Positions 7,718 through 16,685 of a DNA stretch of 24,405 bases are shown in pieces. Within the stretch, counting starts at the first letter, position 1. The number at the start of each line of letters is the position of its first letter. The notes beneath the pieces are model-generated. The model was given only the letters and a program-made list of their open reading frames with translations, had not been told where the DNA came from and searched no databases. Position numbers and translations under genes: made by a program. This stretch comes from Snowella sp. (GTDB taxonomy: Bacteria; Cyanobacteriota; Cyanobacteriia; Cyanobacteriales; Microcystaceae), in NCBI GenBank assembly GCA_035285545.1, contig JAYKGY010000083.1:1-24405 (forward strand), written 5' to 3'.

Positions 7718-10288
7718 TTATGTTAAAAATTGTTGCTGTAAAAACTGGGTTGCTTCCTTCGTTTTGAGAGGGCGACTAAACCAGTATCCCTGGGCTTCTT
7801 CACATTGAAGATTGCGTAAGGTATTTAATTGATATTCGTTTTCAATGCCTTCTGCAATAATGCGGAGATTGTAACCTCTTCCCATGGCTAAGATCGCAGA
7901 AATTAAGGCAAGATCGTGGGGATTACTGCGTAAATCTCGAATGAAATGCTGGTCTATTTTGAGGGTATGTAAGGGAAAAAGTTTCAGATAACTGAGGGCA
8001 GAATAGCCCGTGCCAAAATCATCTAGGGCAATACGAACACCAAGAGATTTCAGGTCTTTTAAGGTTTTTTGGGCAAGCGTGGGATCTAGGCGTAGGGTCG
8101 ATTCCGTAATTTCAATTTCTAGCCAGTGGGGATCAAGTCCTGTTTCTGCTAGGGTTTGGGCGATGGTTTCTACGAGACGGGGATAGTGAAATTCCTTGGC
8201 ACACAGGTTAACCGCGACAGGAAAAGCTGGTAATCCATTTTTTTGCCAACTGAGATTTTGCTCACAGGCGGTTTTGAGTACCCACTTGCTGATTTGAAAG
8301 ATTAGATCGGTTTTGGCGGCCAGGGGAATAAATTTAGCGGGCGGAATGAAACCTACTTCTGGATTTTCCCAACGTAGCAGGGCTTCTATCCCCGTCACTG
8401 CACCTGTTTTGAGGTTAACTTGGGGTTGGTATTGGAGCGAGAGTTGCTTACGGGCGATCGCCTGATCTAAGAGATTTTCTAACCGTAATAGGAGAGTCGC
8501 TTCTGCCCCTAAACTGGAATTATAGAATTGGTAATGGTTACGACCTTCTTTTTTCGTGCGATGGAGAGCAGTGTCGGCATTTTTGAGGAGAGTTTCGCTG
8601 TCTTCGCCGTCCTGGGGATAGATAGCAATACCAATACTACTTTTCAGGTGAAATTCGTGGGATTCAATTTCAATCGGCTGACGTAGCTTATCAAAGAGAC
8701 GTTGGGTTAATTTAACCGTATCATCGGCATTTTTGATGTGGGGCAACAGAACGCAAAATTCATCACCTCCCCACCGACAGAGGGTATCATCGGAGCGGAT
8801 ACAACTTTGAATTTGTTGACCAAAGGCTTTGAGGACTTGATCACCAATGCGGTGACCTAAACTATTGTTGATATTTTTGAAAGAATCGAGATCAAAGAAA
8901 AGGATAGCGAGTAAATGTTGATGACGCTGGGCGTGTTCTAGGGCGATCGCTAATTGTTGATTAAAATATTGCCGATTGGGTAACTCGGTTAAGGGATCAT
9001 AAAGGACAGGTGATTGGTTCGGTTCGGCGATCGCGGTTTGAGTAGGCAAAGGATGAATCGTACAACAATAAACTTCCCGATTCTCTAACAGCTTACGGTA
9101 AAGCTGCATAGATACTTGGAGTGTTGAACCATCTGCTCGGCGATGAGCAACATTTTCAAGGATTTTTGGCTCGTTTTCTGGAACTTCCTCAAATAGTTGC
9201 GGGATCGTTCCTGACTCTACTGCCAGAAGTTGATCAAGACTAAGCTGAGAAAGTTCAGCCGCATCATAACCCAGTAATTGGCAATAGGCTGAATTCACTT
9301 CAATAATGGCTTTTGTCTGCCCATCAATCCAGAGCATGGGTTCCGTTGTCAGTTGCTGATAAATTTGATAACGTTCGGCAGATACTGCCTTATGGGGCGT
9401 AATATCAACGACATAACACCGAATTCTCTGTTTTTCGACCACATAACAAATGTGTTGCTCATAGACTTTTCCCGTTAAGGCAATTTCTCTCACCGCAGAA
9501 ATTCCATTTTCAGGAGGAGACAGGGTAATAATGCCATCTACTAGGGGATGGCCGACCCTAGCCGTCGCTAATTCAGGAAAAAGCGAAATGGCCGCCGGAT
9601 TCAAGTAGGTTAACTTCCCTTCAAAGGTCAACTCGAAAATAGCTTGGGGGCTACTTTCCACCAAAGCCCCATCTGGATTAGCCGTTAAACTCACGCGATC
9701 GCGATTGGTTTTACTCGCATTCCCCGAACCATAAAGAATGGCAGTGGCTAAAGCATCTTCCAACGCCCCATCATCCTGATCAAAACTATCGGGAAAGGAA
9801 TCTGCCGTTTTTGCCGCATAGTCCCTGACTAATAGCTCTGGAATGGGATCATCTAGGGATGGATCTAGGGATTCCTCCATCGGTACCAACGTGGCTTTTG
9901 CCAATAAATCTTCTTTAGACAATTCTCCATCGGTGTCGGTCGTCAGAGAAATGAGTTGATAACCAATCTGAGATTTACTCCCAAAGCGAATCGTATCCCC
10001 ATTTTTTAGCTCATGGGTTAAGCAGGTCTGCCCATTAACGGTAATGCCATTGGTACTCCGCTTGCCCTGAATTGTGCCATCAATAATGCGATAGGAATAA
10101 CGCTGACTTTGGTAATCATTAATGCGGAGTAAGGTCGCGTGATATCGTGAAACCTGACGGTCATAGAGAATAATCGTATTATTGGGATCTCGTCCGATGG
10201 TGTAGGTGTTTTCATGGAGCGAGACAATGCGACGAGACTTTTGATCTTCAATTACCAAGACATGGCGAACTTCAGGGGCATTATTCAT
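7718..10288 (-). CDS. FHA-PAS-PAS-GGDEF-EAL bifunctional diguanylate cyclase/phosphodiesterase, 856 aa
   Basis: FHA motifs IGR, VSRYH, STNG. Two PAS-like regions. Intact DLDSFKNIN...RSDD-TLCRW-GGDEF. EAL motifs EALLRW, DDFGTGYS, KID, AEGIE, QGY. Confidence 0.95.
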   Translation of the reverse strand: MNNAPEVRHVLVIEDQKSRRIVSLHENTYTIGRDPNNTIILYDRQVSRYHATLLRINDYQSQRYSYRIIDGTIQGKRSTNGITVNGQTCLTHELKNGDTIRFGSKSQIGYQLISLTTDTDGELSKEDLLAKATLVPMEESLDPSLDDPIPELLVRDYAAKTADSFPDSFDQDDGALEDALATAILYGSGNASKTNRDRVSLTANPDGALVESSPQAIFELTFEGKLTYLNPAAISLFPELATARVGHPLVDGIITLSPPENGISAVREIALTGKVYEQHICYVVEKQRIRCYVVDITPHKAVSAERYQIYQQLTTEPMLWIDGQTKAIIEVNSAYCQLLGYDAAELSQLSLDQLLAVESGTIPQLFEEVPENEPKILENVAHRRADGSTLQVSMQLYRKLLENREVYCCTIHPLPTQTAIAEPNQSPVLYDPLTELPNRQYFNQQLAIALEHAQRHQHLLAILFFDLDSFKNINNSLGHRIGDQVLKAFGQQIQSCIRSDDTLCRWGGDEFCVLLPHIKNADDTVKLTQRLFDKLRQPIEIESHEFHLKSSIGIAIYPQDGEDSETLLKNADTALHRTKKEGRNHYQFYNSSLGAEATLLLRLENLLDQAIARKQLSLQYQPQVNLKTGAVTGIEALLRWENPEVGFIPPAKFIPLAAKTDLIFQISKWVLKTACEQNLSWQKNGLPAFPVAVNLCAKEFHYPRLVETIAQTLAETGLDPHWLEIEITESTLRLDPTLAQKTLKDLKSLGVRIALDDFGTGYSALSYLKLFPLHTLKIDQHFIRDLRSNPHDLALISAILAMGRGYNLRIIAEGIENEYQLNTLRNLQCEEAQGYWFSRPLKTKEATQFLQQQFLT

Positions 10289-10869
10289 CTTGGATTCACA
10301 GCATAGTTAATAAAGCAGATTACTGTTGAGTATTCCCAAAGAATTGATGAAAATGAACAAGATGATGAGAAATTTAAACAAGATTGAAAGGGAAAACTTA
10401 ATCAGCAATAAAAATCTGTAATTAGCCTATAGAATTCAGTCAATCATTAAACTAAAATTTAAAGATTTACAGAAAACGGACAGGATAAACTTCAGATATA
10501 AAGCGAAATTAATGTGGAGATTCAAAAAAACGGAAACTCAAACAGTTCTGGTGCCATGATATCCTATTCTTCAGGCTCTGCATAGGGATTGTTACAATAA
10601 AGAATAAACAATTTAAATTCTGTTTAGTTTTGACTCTACTGTTAATCTGTCTTTTTTAAAATTGATGAAAGTAGGTCTGCCAAGCGACTTACTGGCTTCT
10701 TTTTTGTCAATTGTTGGAACAACTAGGTTTTCTCACAGATACATTTTTGAGGGCAGTTTATTGATTTTGCGATTTTTTAATTCTCTGCTGATGATTGTTA
10801 AAATTTATACATTCTTTAAGATTTAACCTAAAGTTAACTTCTTGATATTGTGGGATGTGATACACACCA

Positions 10870-11994
10870 ATGTTTGATTTTTTAAAAGGTCTTCCCCCTT
10901 GGTTACAGTTAGGATTAAGTTTTCCATTGATTTTTCTCAATGGTTGGCTGCTGTTTATCTTGCTGAATTATTTTCAACCCCTGAGTAGTATTTTTGTCGC
11001 TTCGGTGTTACTGGCTTTTTTGTTGGATTTGCCAGTTCGCTCTTTACAAAAAAGTGGTTTAAAAAAAGGATGGGCTATTTCGGTTGTATTTTCTTTTGCC
11101 CTCTTGGTTACCGCGATCGCGCTTTTGATTTTAGTGCCCTTAATTGTGGGCCAACTGACTGAACTCATCAGTAATTCTCCCCAATGGATTACCTCTGCCA
11201 ATGAACAACTCAGCCGCTTACAAACATGGGAAACCGCCCATAATATTTCTGTTAATTTAGATTTGAGTCAATTTATTAATCAAGCCGTTGAAAAATTAAC
11301 GAGTTTGCTCAACTCCTTAGGCAATCAAATTTTAAACGTTGTTGGCGTGACCATCACGACCCTTTTTAATGGATTAATTATTATTGTGTTAACGGTTTTT
11401 CTGGTCTTAACGGGAGAGCAGGTGTCAGAAGGGATCTTTAGTTGGCTTCCTGCCCCTTGGAACCAACAATTACGAGAAACGATGCGGATTACCTTTACCC
11501 GCTACTTCGCAACCCAAGCCATGTTAGCAGGAATTTTGAGTCTCGCTCAAATTCTCGTTTTTGCCGTTCTACAAGTCCCCTACGCAGTTCTGTTTGCCAT
11601 TACCATTGGACTAACAACCCTGATTCCCTACGCCAGTGGCATCAGTATTGTAATTATCAGTTTTTTACTGATGTTGCAAAATTTTTGGCTAGGGGTCAAA
11701 GTGCTGATTGCGGCTGTCATTGTCGGTCAAATTAATGACAATATTGTGGCTCCGCGTTTAATGGGAGATATGACTGGGCTAAATCCTGTTTGGATTATTG
11801 TTTCCCTATTTGTGGGCGGAAAATTAGGGGGAATTTTAGGATTATTAATTGCGGTTCCCCTAGCGAGCGTGATCAAATCAACCGTCGATCATTTGCGCCT
11901 TCGGGCTGCCGAGAAGTCTAATACGGTTCTCATGGAAGGGCTACAATCAGAATCCCCCCAGCCTCTTGCGATCGCGGATCAAACTAGGGAATAA
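10870..11994 (+). CDS. AI-2E family transporter (PerM/UPF0118)
   Basis: Multi-TM protein with family-typical motifs LAFLLDLPV, LIPY, QINDNIVAPRLMG...GLNP and GGILGLLIAVPLA. Confidence 0.9.
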   Translation: MFDFLKGLPPWLQLGLSFPLIFLNGWLLFILLNYFQPLSSIFVASVLLAFLLDLPVRSLQKSGLKKGWAISVVFSFALLVTAIALLILVPLIVGQLTELISNSPQWITSANEQLSRLQTWETAHNISVNLDLSQFINQAVEKLTSLLNSLGNQILNVVGVTITTLFNGLIIIVLTVFLVLTGEQVSEGIFSWLPAPWNQQLRETMRITFTRYFATQAMLAGILSLAQILVFAVLQVPYAVLFAITIGLTTLIPYASGISIVIISFLLMLQNFWLGVKVLIAAVIVGQINDNIVAPRLMGDMTGLNPVWIIVSLFVGGKLGGILGLLIAVPLASVIKSTVDHLRLRAAEKSNTVLMEGLQSESPQPLAIADQTRE

Positions 11995-12027
11995 CTGACT
12001 CGACTTCAGGGTCAACAAGTTTGTTTT

Positions 12028-12786
12028 TTAACTCAATGTCAAAATTTCTACGCCATCTTCGGTAATCGCGATCGTATGTTCAAACTGGGCCGAAAGCTTG
12101 CGGTCTTTGGTAATAGCCGTCCAGCCGTCTTTGAGCAAAATATGTTCGTAGGTGCCTTCATTGATCATCGGTTCAATGGTAAAAACCATGCCAGGACGCA
12201 ATTTCTTGCCTTTCCCCTTTACCCCATAGTGGGGAACTTGAGGGGGAGTATGAAAAATATGACTAATCCCATGACCGACAAAATCCCGAACCACTGAAAA
12301 ACCATGAGATTCAGCATATTCCTGAATAGCGGCTCCAATATCGCCAATTTTTCCGTTAGGATGAACTGCTGCAATGCCTCGGCGTAAACACTCTTCCGTG
12401 ACTTCGACTAATTTTTTGGCAATAGGTGAAGGCGTTCCCACAAAAAAAGTCCGTGACGTATCGCCATGATAGCCATCAACAATCGGCGTGACATCAATAT
12501 TGATAATGTCTCCGTCTCTTAAAACCTGTTTGGGGCTAGGGATTCCATGACAGATTACTTCATTAACACTAGTACAAATCGATTTAGGAAAACCGTTATA
12601 TCCTAAAGGTGCGCTAATTGCGCCATGAGCCTTAGTCCACCGTTCAGCTTCATCATTTAATGCCTGGGTGGTGATGCCTGGTTGTACCATTGGAGCTAAA
12701 TGATCTAACAAATGCGCTGCTAATTGCCCCGCCTTCCGCATTTTTTCAATTTCACGTTTAGATAAAAGAGTAATTGCTTCTCCCAT
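12028..12786 (-). CDS. map: Type I methionine aminopeptidase
   Basis: GFPKSICTSVNEVICHGIP, DIINIDVT, GYHGDTSRT, GHGI, FTIEPMIN, SAQFEHT. Confidence 0.97.
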   Translation of the reverse strand: MGEAITLLSKREIEKMRKAGQLAAHLLDHLAPMVQPGITTQALNDEAERWTKAHGAISAPLGYNGFPKSICTSVNEVICHGIPSPKQVLRDGDIINIDVTPIVDGYHGDTSRTFFVGTPSPIAKKLVEVTEECLRRGIAAVHPNGKIGDIGAAIQEYAESHGFSVVRDFVGHGISHIFHTPPQVPHYGVKGKGKKLRPGMVFTIEPMINEGTYEHILLKDGWTAITKDRKLSAQFEHTIAITEDGVEILTLS

Positions 12787-13044
12787 GTTGGTTGCTTCTG
12801 TTTCGCTCTAGTAAATTTTGTCTGATTGGCATTTCTTATTGTAAAGGACGATTTCACCAATTCAGGCGTGATGGTTCTGCTCTCTCCAACACAGTTTTTG
12901 AGTTTACAGATCTTTGGTTTGCTTGAAATTGGTCAAATTGTTAGAGCGAGTTGGCTTAGAGGATGCTTATTGTTCCCGCTAATCAAATCAAGATTGTACA
13001 AAATGTTGATAGCCGCGATCGCGTTTACCGATTGATTAAAGAAC

Positions 13045-14469
13045 TTAATGTCGCCAGATCTCCTGAACTTTTGAACCATCAGCCCCAATTAACTCAATGT
13101 GTAACGGCATCTGGCCTGCTGCGTGAGTAGAGCAACTTAAACAAGGGTCATAGCAACGAATACCGGCTTCTACGCGATTCAGGAAACCTTCACTGACATC
13201 GTTATTGTGGATATAGTGTTTCGCGATTTGGGTAACCGTTTGATTCATGGCTAAATTATTGTTTCCTGTAGCAATAATCAGGTTAACTTTTTGAATTAAG
13301 CCATTTTCATCCACTTTGTAATGATGAAATAGGGTTCCTCTGGGAGCTTCGCTAACGCCAACGGCTTCTAAGTTGTTCACGTCTGCTCTGGCTCGACACC
13401 GTGATGAGGTAATGTCAGGATCATTAATCAAAATTTCAATCCCTTCTAACGCCCCTAAAATTTCTACTAATCGCGCGTAATGATACAAGAAGGAAGAGGT
13501 TGCTACACCGCCTGCTCGTTGCCGAAATTCCGTAAGTTCGCGATCGGCTTCGGGTGTACCAAAATGAGTACAGACATTCAGGCGAGCTAACGGGCCAACG
13601 CGGTAAATACCTTCAGGATAGCCATAGGGTTTATAGTAGGGGAACTTTAAATATGACCATTTTTCGACGGATTCCCCAATAAAATCAGCATAATTATCTT
13701 CACTGAGATTATCCGCCACAATATTGCCGTCGCTATCGGTAAAGCGTAAATGGCCGCCGTAATGTTCCCATTCGCCATTTTTACCGACTAAGCTCATAAA
13801 TAAAGAGGGAAATTTGCCAAATTGTTCTACTTCTATTTGAAAGCGGTCTAATAATTCTTTAAATAGATTCAGGGCTAAATATAACGTTTCTTTGGATTCA
13901 GGCAAGTGATCGCGTATCCATTGACGACCTTCTTCAGATAAAGGAGAACGCACCCCACCAGGCACGGCCCAAGCCGCATGAATTTTTTTCGCACCGAGTA
14001 TTTCAATGACCGTTTGACCAAATTGACGTAAACGGATTCCTGCCCTAGCTAAATCGGGATCGGCGGCAATTAACCCAAAAACATTGCGTTTAGCGGGATC
14101 ACTATCCCAACCGAGGAGGAAATCAGGACTACTGAGATGGAAAAAGCTTAAGGCATGAGATTGAGTAATTTGCCCTAAATTCATCAAACGACGGAGTTTT
14201 TCGCCCGCAGGTGGTACTTGAACCGCTAAAATTTTATCCCCTGTTTTTGCAGCACAAAGTAAATGACTAACGGGACAAATTCCGCAAATCCGAGCCGTAA
14301 TACCTGCCATTTCTGACATGGGCCGACCTTCACAGAATTTTTCAAATCCGCGATATTCGACTACATGGAAACGGGCATCATCGACTTCGCCTTGGTCATT
14401 AAGAAAAATAGAAATTTTGGCATGACCTTCAATGCGAGTAACGGGATCAATAACAATCGTTTTAGACAT
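13045..14469 (-). CDS. hoxH: Bidirectional NiFe hydrogenase large subunit
   Basis: [16 protein letters not shown]1 RICGIC, EAPRGTL, L2 DPCLSCSTH followed by a cleavable C-terminal extension. Confidence 0.98.
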   Translation of the reverse strand: MSKTIVIDPVTRIEGHAKISIFLNDQGEVDDARFHVVEYRGFEKFCEGRPMSEMAGITARICGICPVSHLLCAAKTGDKILAVQVPPAGEKLRRLMNLGQITQSHALSFFHLSSPDFLLGWDSDPAKRNVFGLIAADPDLARAGIRLRQFGQTVIEILGAKKIHAAWAVPGGVRSPLSEEGRQWIRDHLPESKETLYLALNLFKELLDRFQIEVEQFGKFPSLFMSLVGKNGEWEHYGGHLRFTDSDGNIVADNLSEDNYADFIGESVEKWSYLKFPYYKPYGYPEGIYRVGPLARLNVCTHFGTPEADRELTEFRQRAGGVATSSFLYHYARLVEILGALEGIEILINDPDITSSRCRARADVNNLEAVGVSEAPRGTLFHHYKVDENGLIQKVNLIIATGNNNLAMNQTVTQIAKHYIHNNDVSEGFLNRVEAGIRCYDPCLSCSTHAAGQMPLHIELIGADGSKVQEIWRH

Positions 14470-14503
14470 AATTAGATTCTCTTTAAAATTAATAATAAAA
14501 TTC

Positions 14504-14728
14504 TTACAATCGACTAATTCCTATGAAGGAAAAAATAACAAAAGCAAAGGGGATTGATATTACCAAAAGACTGTAAATAGTGTATGAAATTGCTTGCCAT
14601 GTGGTGCAGTGATTAGGCAATGAACACCTCATCGGGCCGATAGCAAAAGCTATCCATCCAAAAAAGGAAAAACTAATTAGGAAGATAATAACAGTAATGA
14701 TTCCTAAAAATATTTTTAGTAATATCAT
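14504..14728 (-). CDS. Hypothetical 74-aa two-TM membrane protein within the hox operon
   Basis: Fills the hoxY-hoxH gap in the operon orientation. AAGGA RBS before the ATG. Two hydrophobic helices with a CSLPNHC loop between them. Confidence 0.7.
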   Translation of the reverse strand: MILLKIFLGIITVIIFLISFSFFGWIAFAIGPMRCSLPNHCTTWQAISYTIYSLLVISIPFAFVIFSFIGISRL

Positions 14729-14747
14729 AAATTATCCTTTGGATACT

Positions 14748-15296
14748 TTAACCGAATTTAATCATTTCTCGGCCCTGCATTAAGGGATGTTCACCATTTA
14801 ATAACGGCTCTAAGGTTGCTCGAATACGAGGTGCATCAGGGGGACAGCCTGGCATAAAAATATCCACCGGAATGACTTGATGAAGGGGAACAACTTGATC
14901 TAACAGTTCGGGCACAATACCTGGTTCGTGGGGTAATTGGGGCGTGACATCACCCAACTCTAAATAGGATCTTCTTAAAACAGGATCGGCTCCTTTTAAC
15001 ATATTTCGCATGGCAGGAACGTTAGCAGTAACGGCACAATCTCCAAAGGAAATAACAATTTTTGTTTTTTTGCGTAATTCTAAGGCGAGTTCTAAGTTTT
15101 CTTCATTCGCGATCGCGCCTTCAACCAGACAAACATCCACATTATCGGGATATTCCTTTAGGTCAGAACCAACGGGGCTAAAAACCACATCGACTTTCTC
15201 TGCTAGATCAATTAAAAATTCATCCATATCAAGAAAGGACATGTGGCAGCCAGAGCAGCCCGCTAACCAAACTGTTGCAAATCGAATTTTACTCAT
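14748..15296 (-). CDS. hoxY: Bidirectional hydrogenase small subunit
   Basis: WLAGCSGCHMS, FGDCAVT and PGCPP 4Fe-4S ligands. Start set at MSKIRF (15296), giving 182 aa. Confidence 0.97.
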   Translation of the reverse strand: MSKIRFATVWLAGCSGCHMSFLDMDEFLIDLAEKVDVVFSPVGSDLKEYPDNVDVCLVEGAIANEENLELALELRKKTKIVISFGDCAVTANVPAMRNMLKGADPVLRRSYLELGDVTPQLPHEPGIVPELLDQVVPLHQVIPVDIFMPGCPPDAPRIRATLEPLLNGEHPLMQGREMIKFG

Positions 15297-15327
15297 AATT
15301 ATCTTTTTAACCATCAATAACAATAAT

Positions 15328-15861
15328 TTAGTTAGTTACCAAAGGAAGTTCTTTGGATACAAAAGGAAATAAATTAATCCCTTTCCATTCTTGCAGAAAT
15401 TCACAGATGACTTCAGGCGTAAAATTTGCACCTCTAAAAAATAATTGATCCTGATAGCTCCCATTTAAATTTAGGAAAAAATGTACTATATTACAGTGAT
15501 CTTTAATTCCGAACGGACATTTTTTGCCACGCCAATTATCAATACTACCAACGTAATTAATGATGGCTTGATCGGCTTTTTTAACTTCTACTGGATATTG
15601 ATTGAGTAGTTGAATCAGTAAAGTAGGAGATTCAGCAACTTGACAAAATAAGTTAATTACGTCGCAAGGATAATCGGAAGGTTCACACTCAAAATCTTTT
15701 AAAGCAATACATAATTCTATTGCCTGAAGAAATTTCTCAGAAATGCTTGTAATTTTATCTTCTGTCATTTCCATAATTTCATCATAACGTTGGATTCTTT
15801 CCTTAAAAAGCTGATAAATAAAGGGTTCAAGATGTTGCCATCGGTTGGGATCTTGGGTCAT
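15328..15861 (-). CDS. Hypothetical 177-aa soluble protein between hoxU and hoxY
   Basis: Co-oriented ORF tightly spaced in the operon (18 bp after hoxU, 31 bp before hoxY). Seven Cys, including CPFGIKDHC. No recognised family. Confidence 0.8.
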   Translation of the reverse strand: MTQDPNRWQHLEPFIYQLFKERIQRYDEIMEMTEDKITSISEKFLQAIELCIALKDFECEPSDYPCDVINLFCQVAESPTLLIQLLNQYPVEVKKADQAIINYVGSIDNWRGKKCPFGIKDHCNIVHFFLNLNGSYQDQLFFRGANFTPEVICEFLQEWKGINLFPFVSKELPLVTN

Positions 15862-15879
15862 AAATCCTTAACCTTAGCC

Positions 15880-16596
15880 TTATCGTATCCATTGATGATG
15901 CTCCCTAGCTTTAGCAAGAAATTCTAATTTCTCTTTATTTTTGTGTTCTTCGGCTGCTGTCATGCCTTTATGGAAAATTGAACCCGTTGGACAAGCTTCC
16001 ACGCATTTACCGCAAGAAGTACAAGCATCAACGGTTCCCCAAGGTTGGTTTAAGCCCGATATGATCTTACATTCCGCGCCTCGGTAAGCTACATCCCAAA
16101 CGTGCGCCCCTTCTAATTCATCACAGACCCTCACGCAACGAGTACAAAAAATACAACGGTTGTGGTCAATGCCAAAGAAAGGATGGGATACATCAATATC
16201 TCGTTTCGGGAACTGATAGGGAAAACGACTATGATCCATGCCGACGGTAACAGCCATATCCTGCAATTCACAGTTGCCATTGGCCACGCAGACCGCACAG
16301 ACATGATTTCCTTCAGCAAAGAGCAATTCAACCGTCATTCGTCGGTATTCTTGTAATTTGGGCGTATTGGTATGAACAACCATTTCTTCAGCTACGGTGG
16401 TCACGCAGGCAGGCAGTAGCTTATTCATTCCATCAATTTCAACCACACAGAGGCGACAGGCTCCCACATCGGAAACGCCTTCTAAATGGCAAAGCGTTGG
16501 AATAGAAACCCCTGCTTCTTTGGCTGCTTGTAAAATGGTCGCGCCTTCTTCAATGGCAATCGGGTTATCATCAATGGTTAGCGTAATAACAGACAT
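15880..16596 (-). CDS. hoxU: Bidirectional hydrogenase diaphorase subunit U
   Basis: IPTLC, GACRLC, HVCAVC, CIFCTRCVRVC and CTSCGKCVEACP Fe-S motifs (NuoG N-terminus-like). AGGAG RBS. Confidence 0.97.
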   Translation of the reverse strand: MSVITLTIDDNPIAIEEGATILQAAKEAGVSIPTLCHLEGVSDVGACRLCVVEIDGMNKLLPACVTTVAEEMVVHTNTPKLQEYRRMTVELLFAEGNHVCAVCVANGNCELQDMAVTVGMDHSRFPYQFPKRDIDVSHPFFGIDHNRCIFCTRCVRVCDELEGAHVWDVAYRGAECKIISGLNQPWGTVDACTSCGKCVEACPTGSIFHKGMTAAEEHKNKEKLEFLAKAREHHQWIR

Positions 16597-16685
16597 AATT
16601 TTTTAAAGACTCCTAGTGTAGGGTTTTCCATCGCCACTGGCAGTTTTTTCGCATTGTTCACACAATATAGAAAACTTTTCGATGA

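Noticed and set aside
9851..9872. Direct repeat atctagggat x2
   Set aside because: A small in-frame duplication (SLDPSLDDP) in a variable linker, not a mobile-element footprint.
12826..13035. 69-aa + strand ORF between map and hoxH
   Set aside because: TTG start, no RBS or motif, and antisense to the probable map promoter region.
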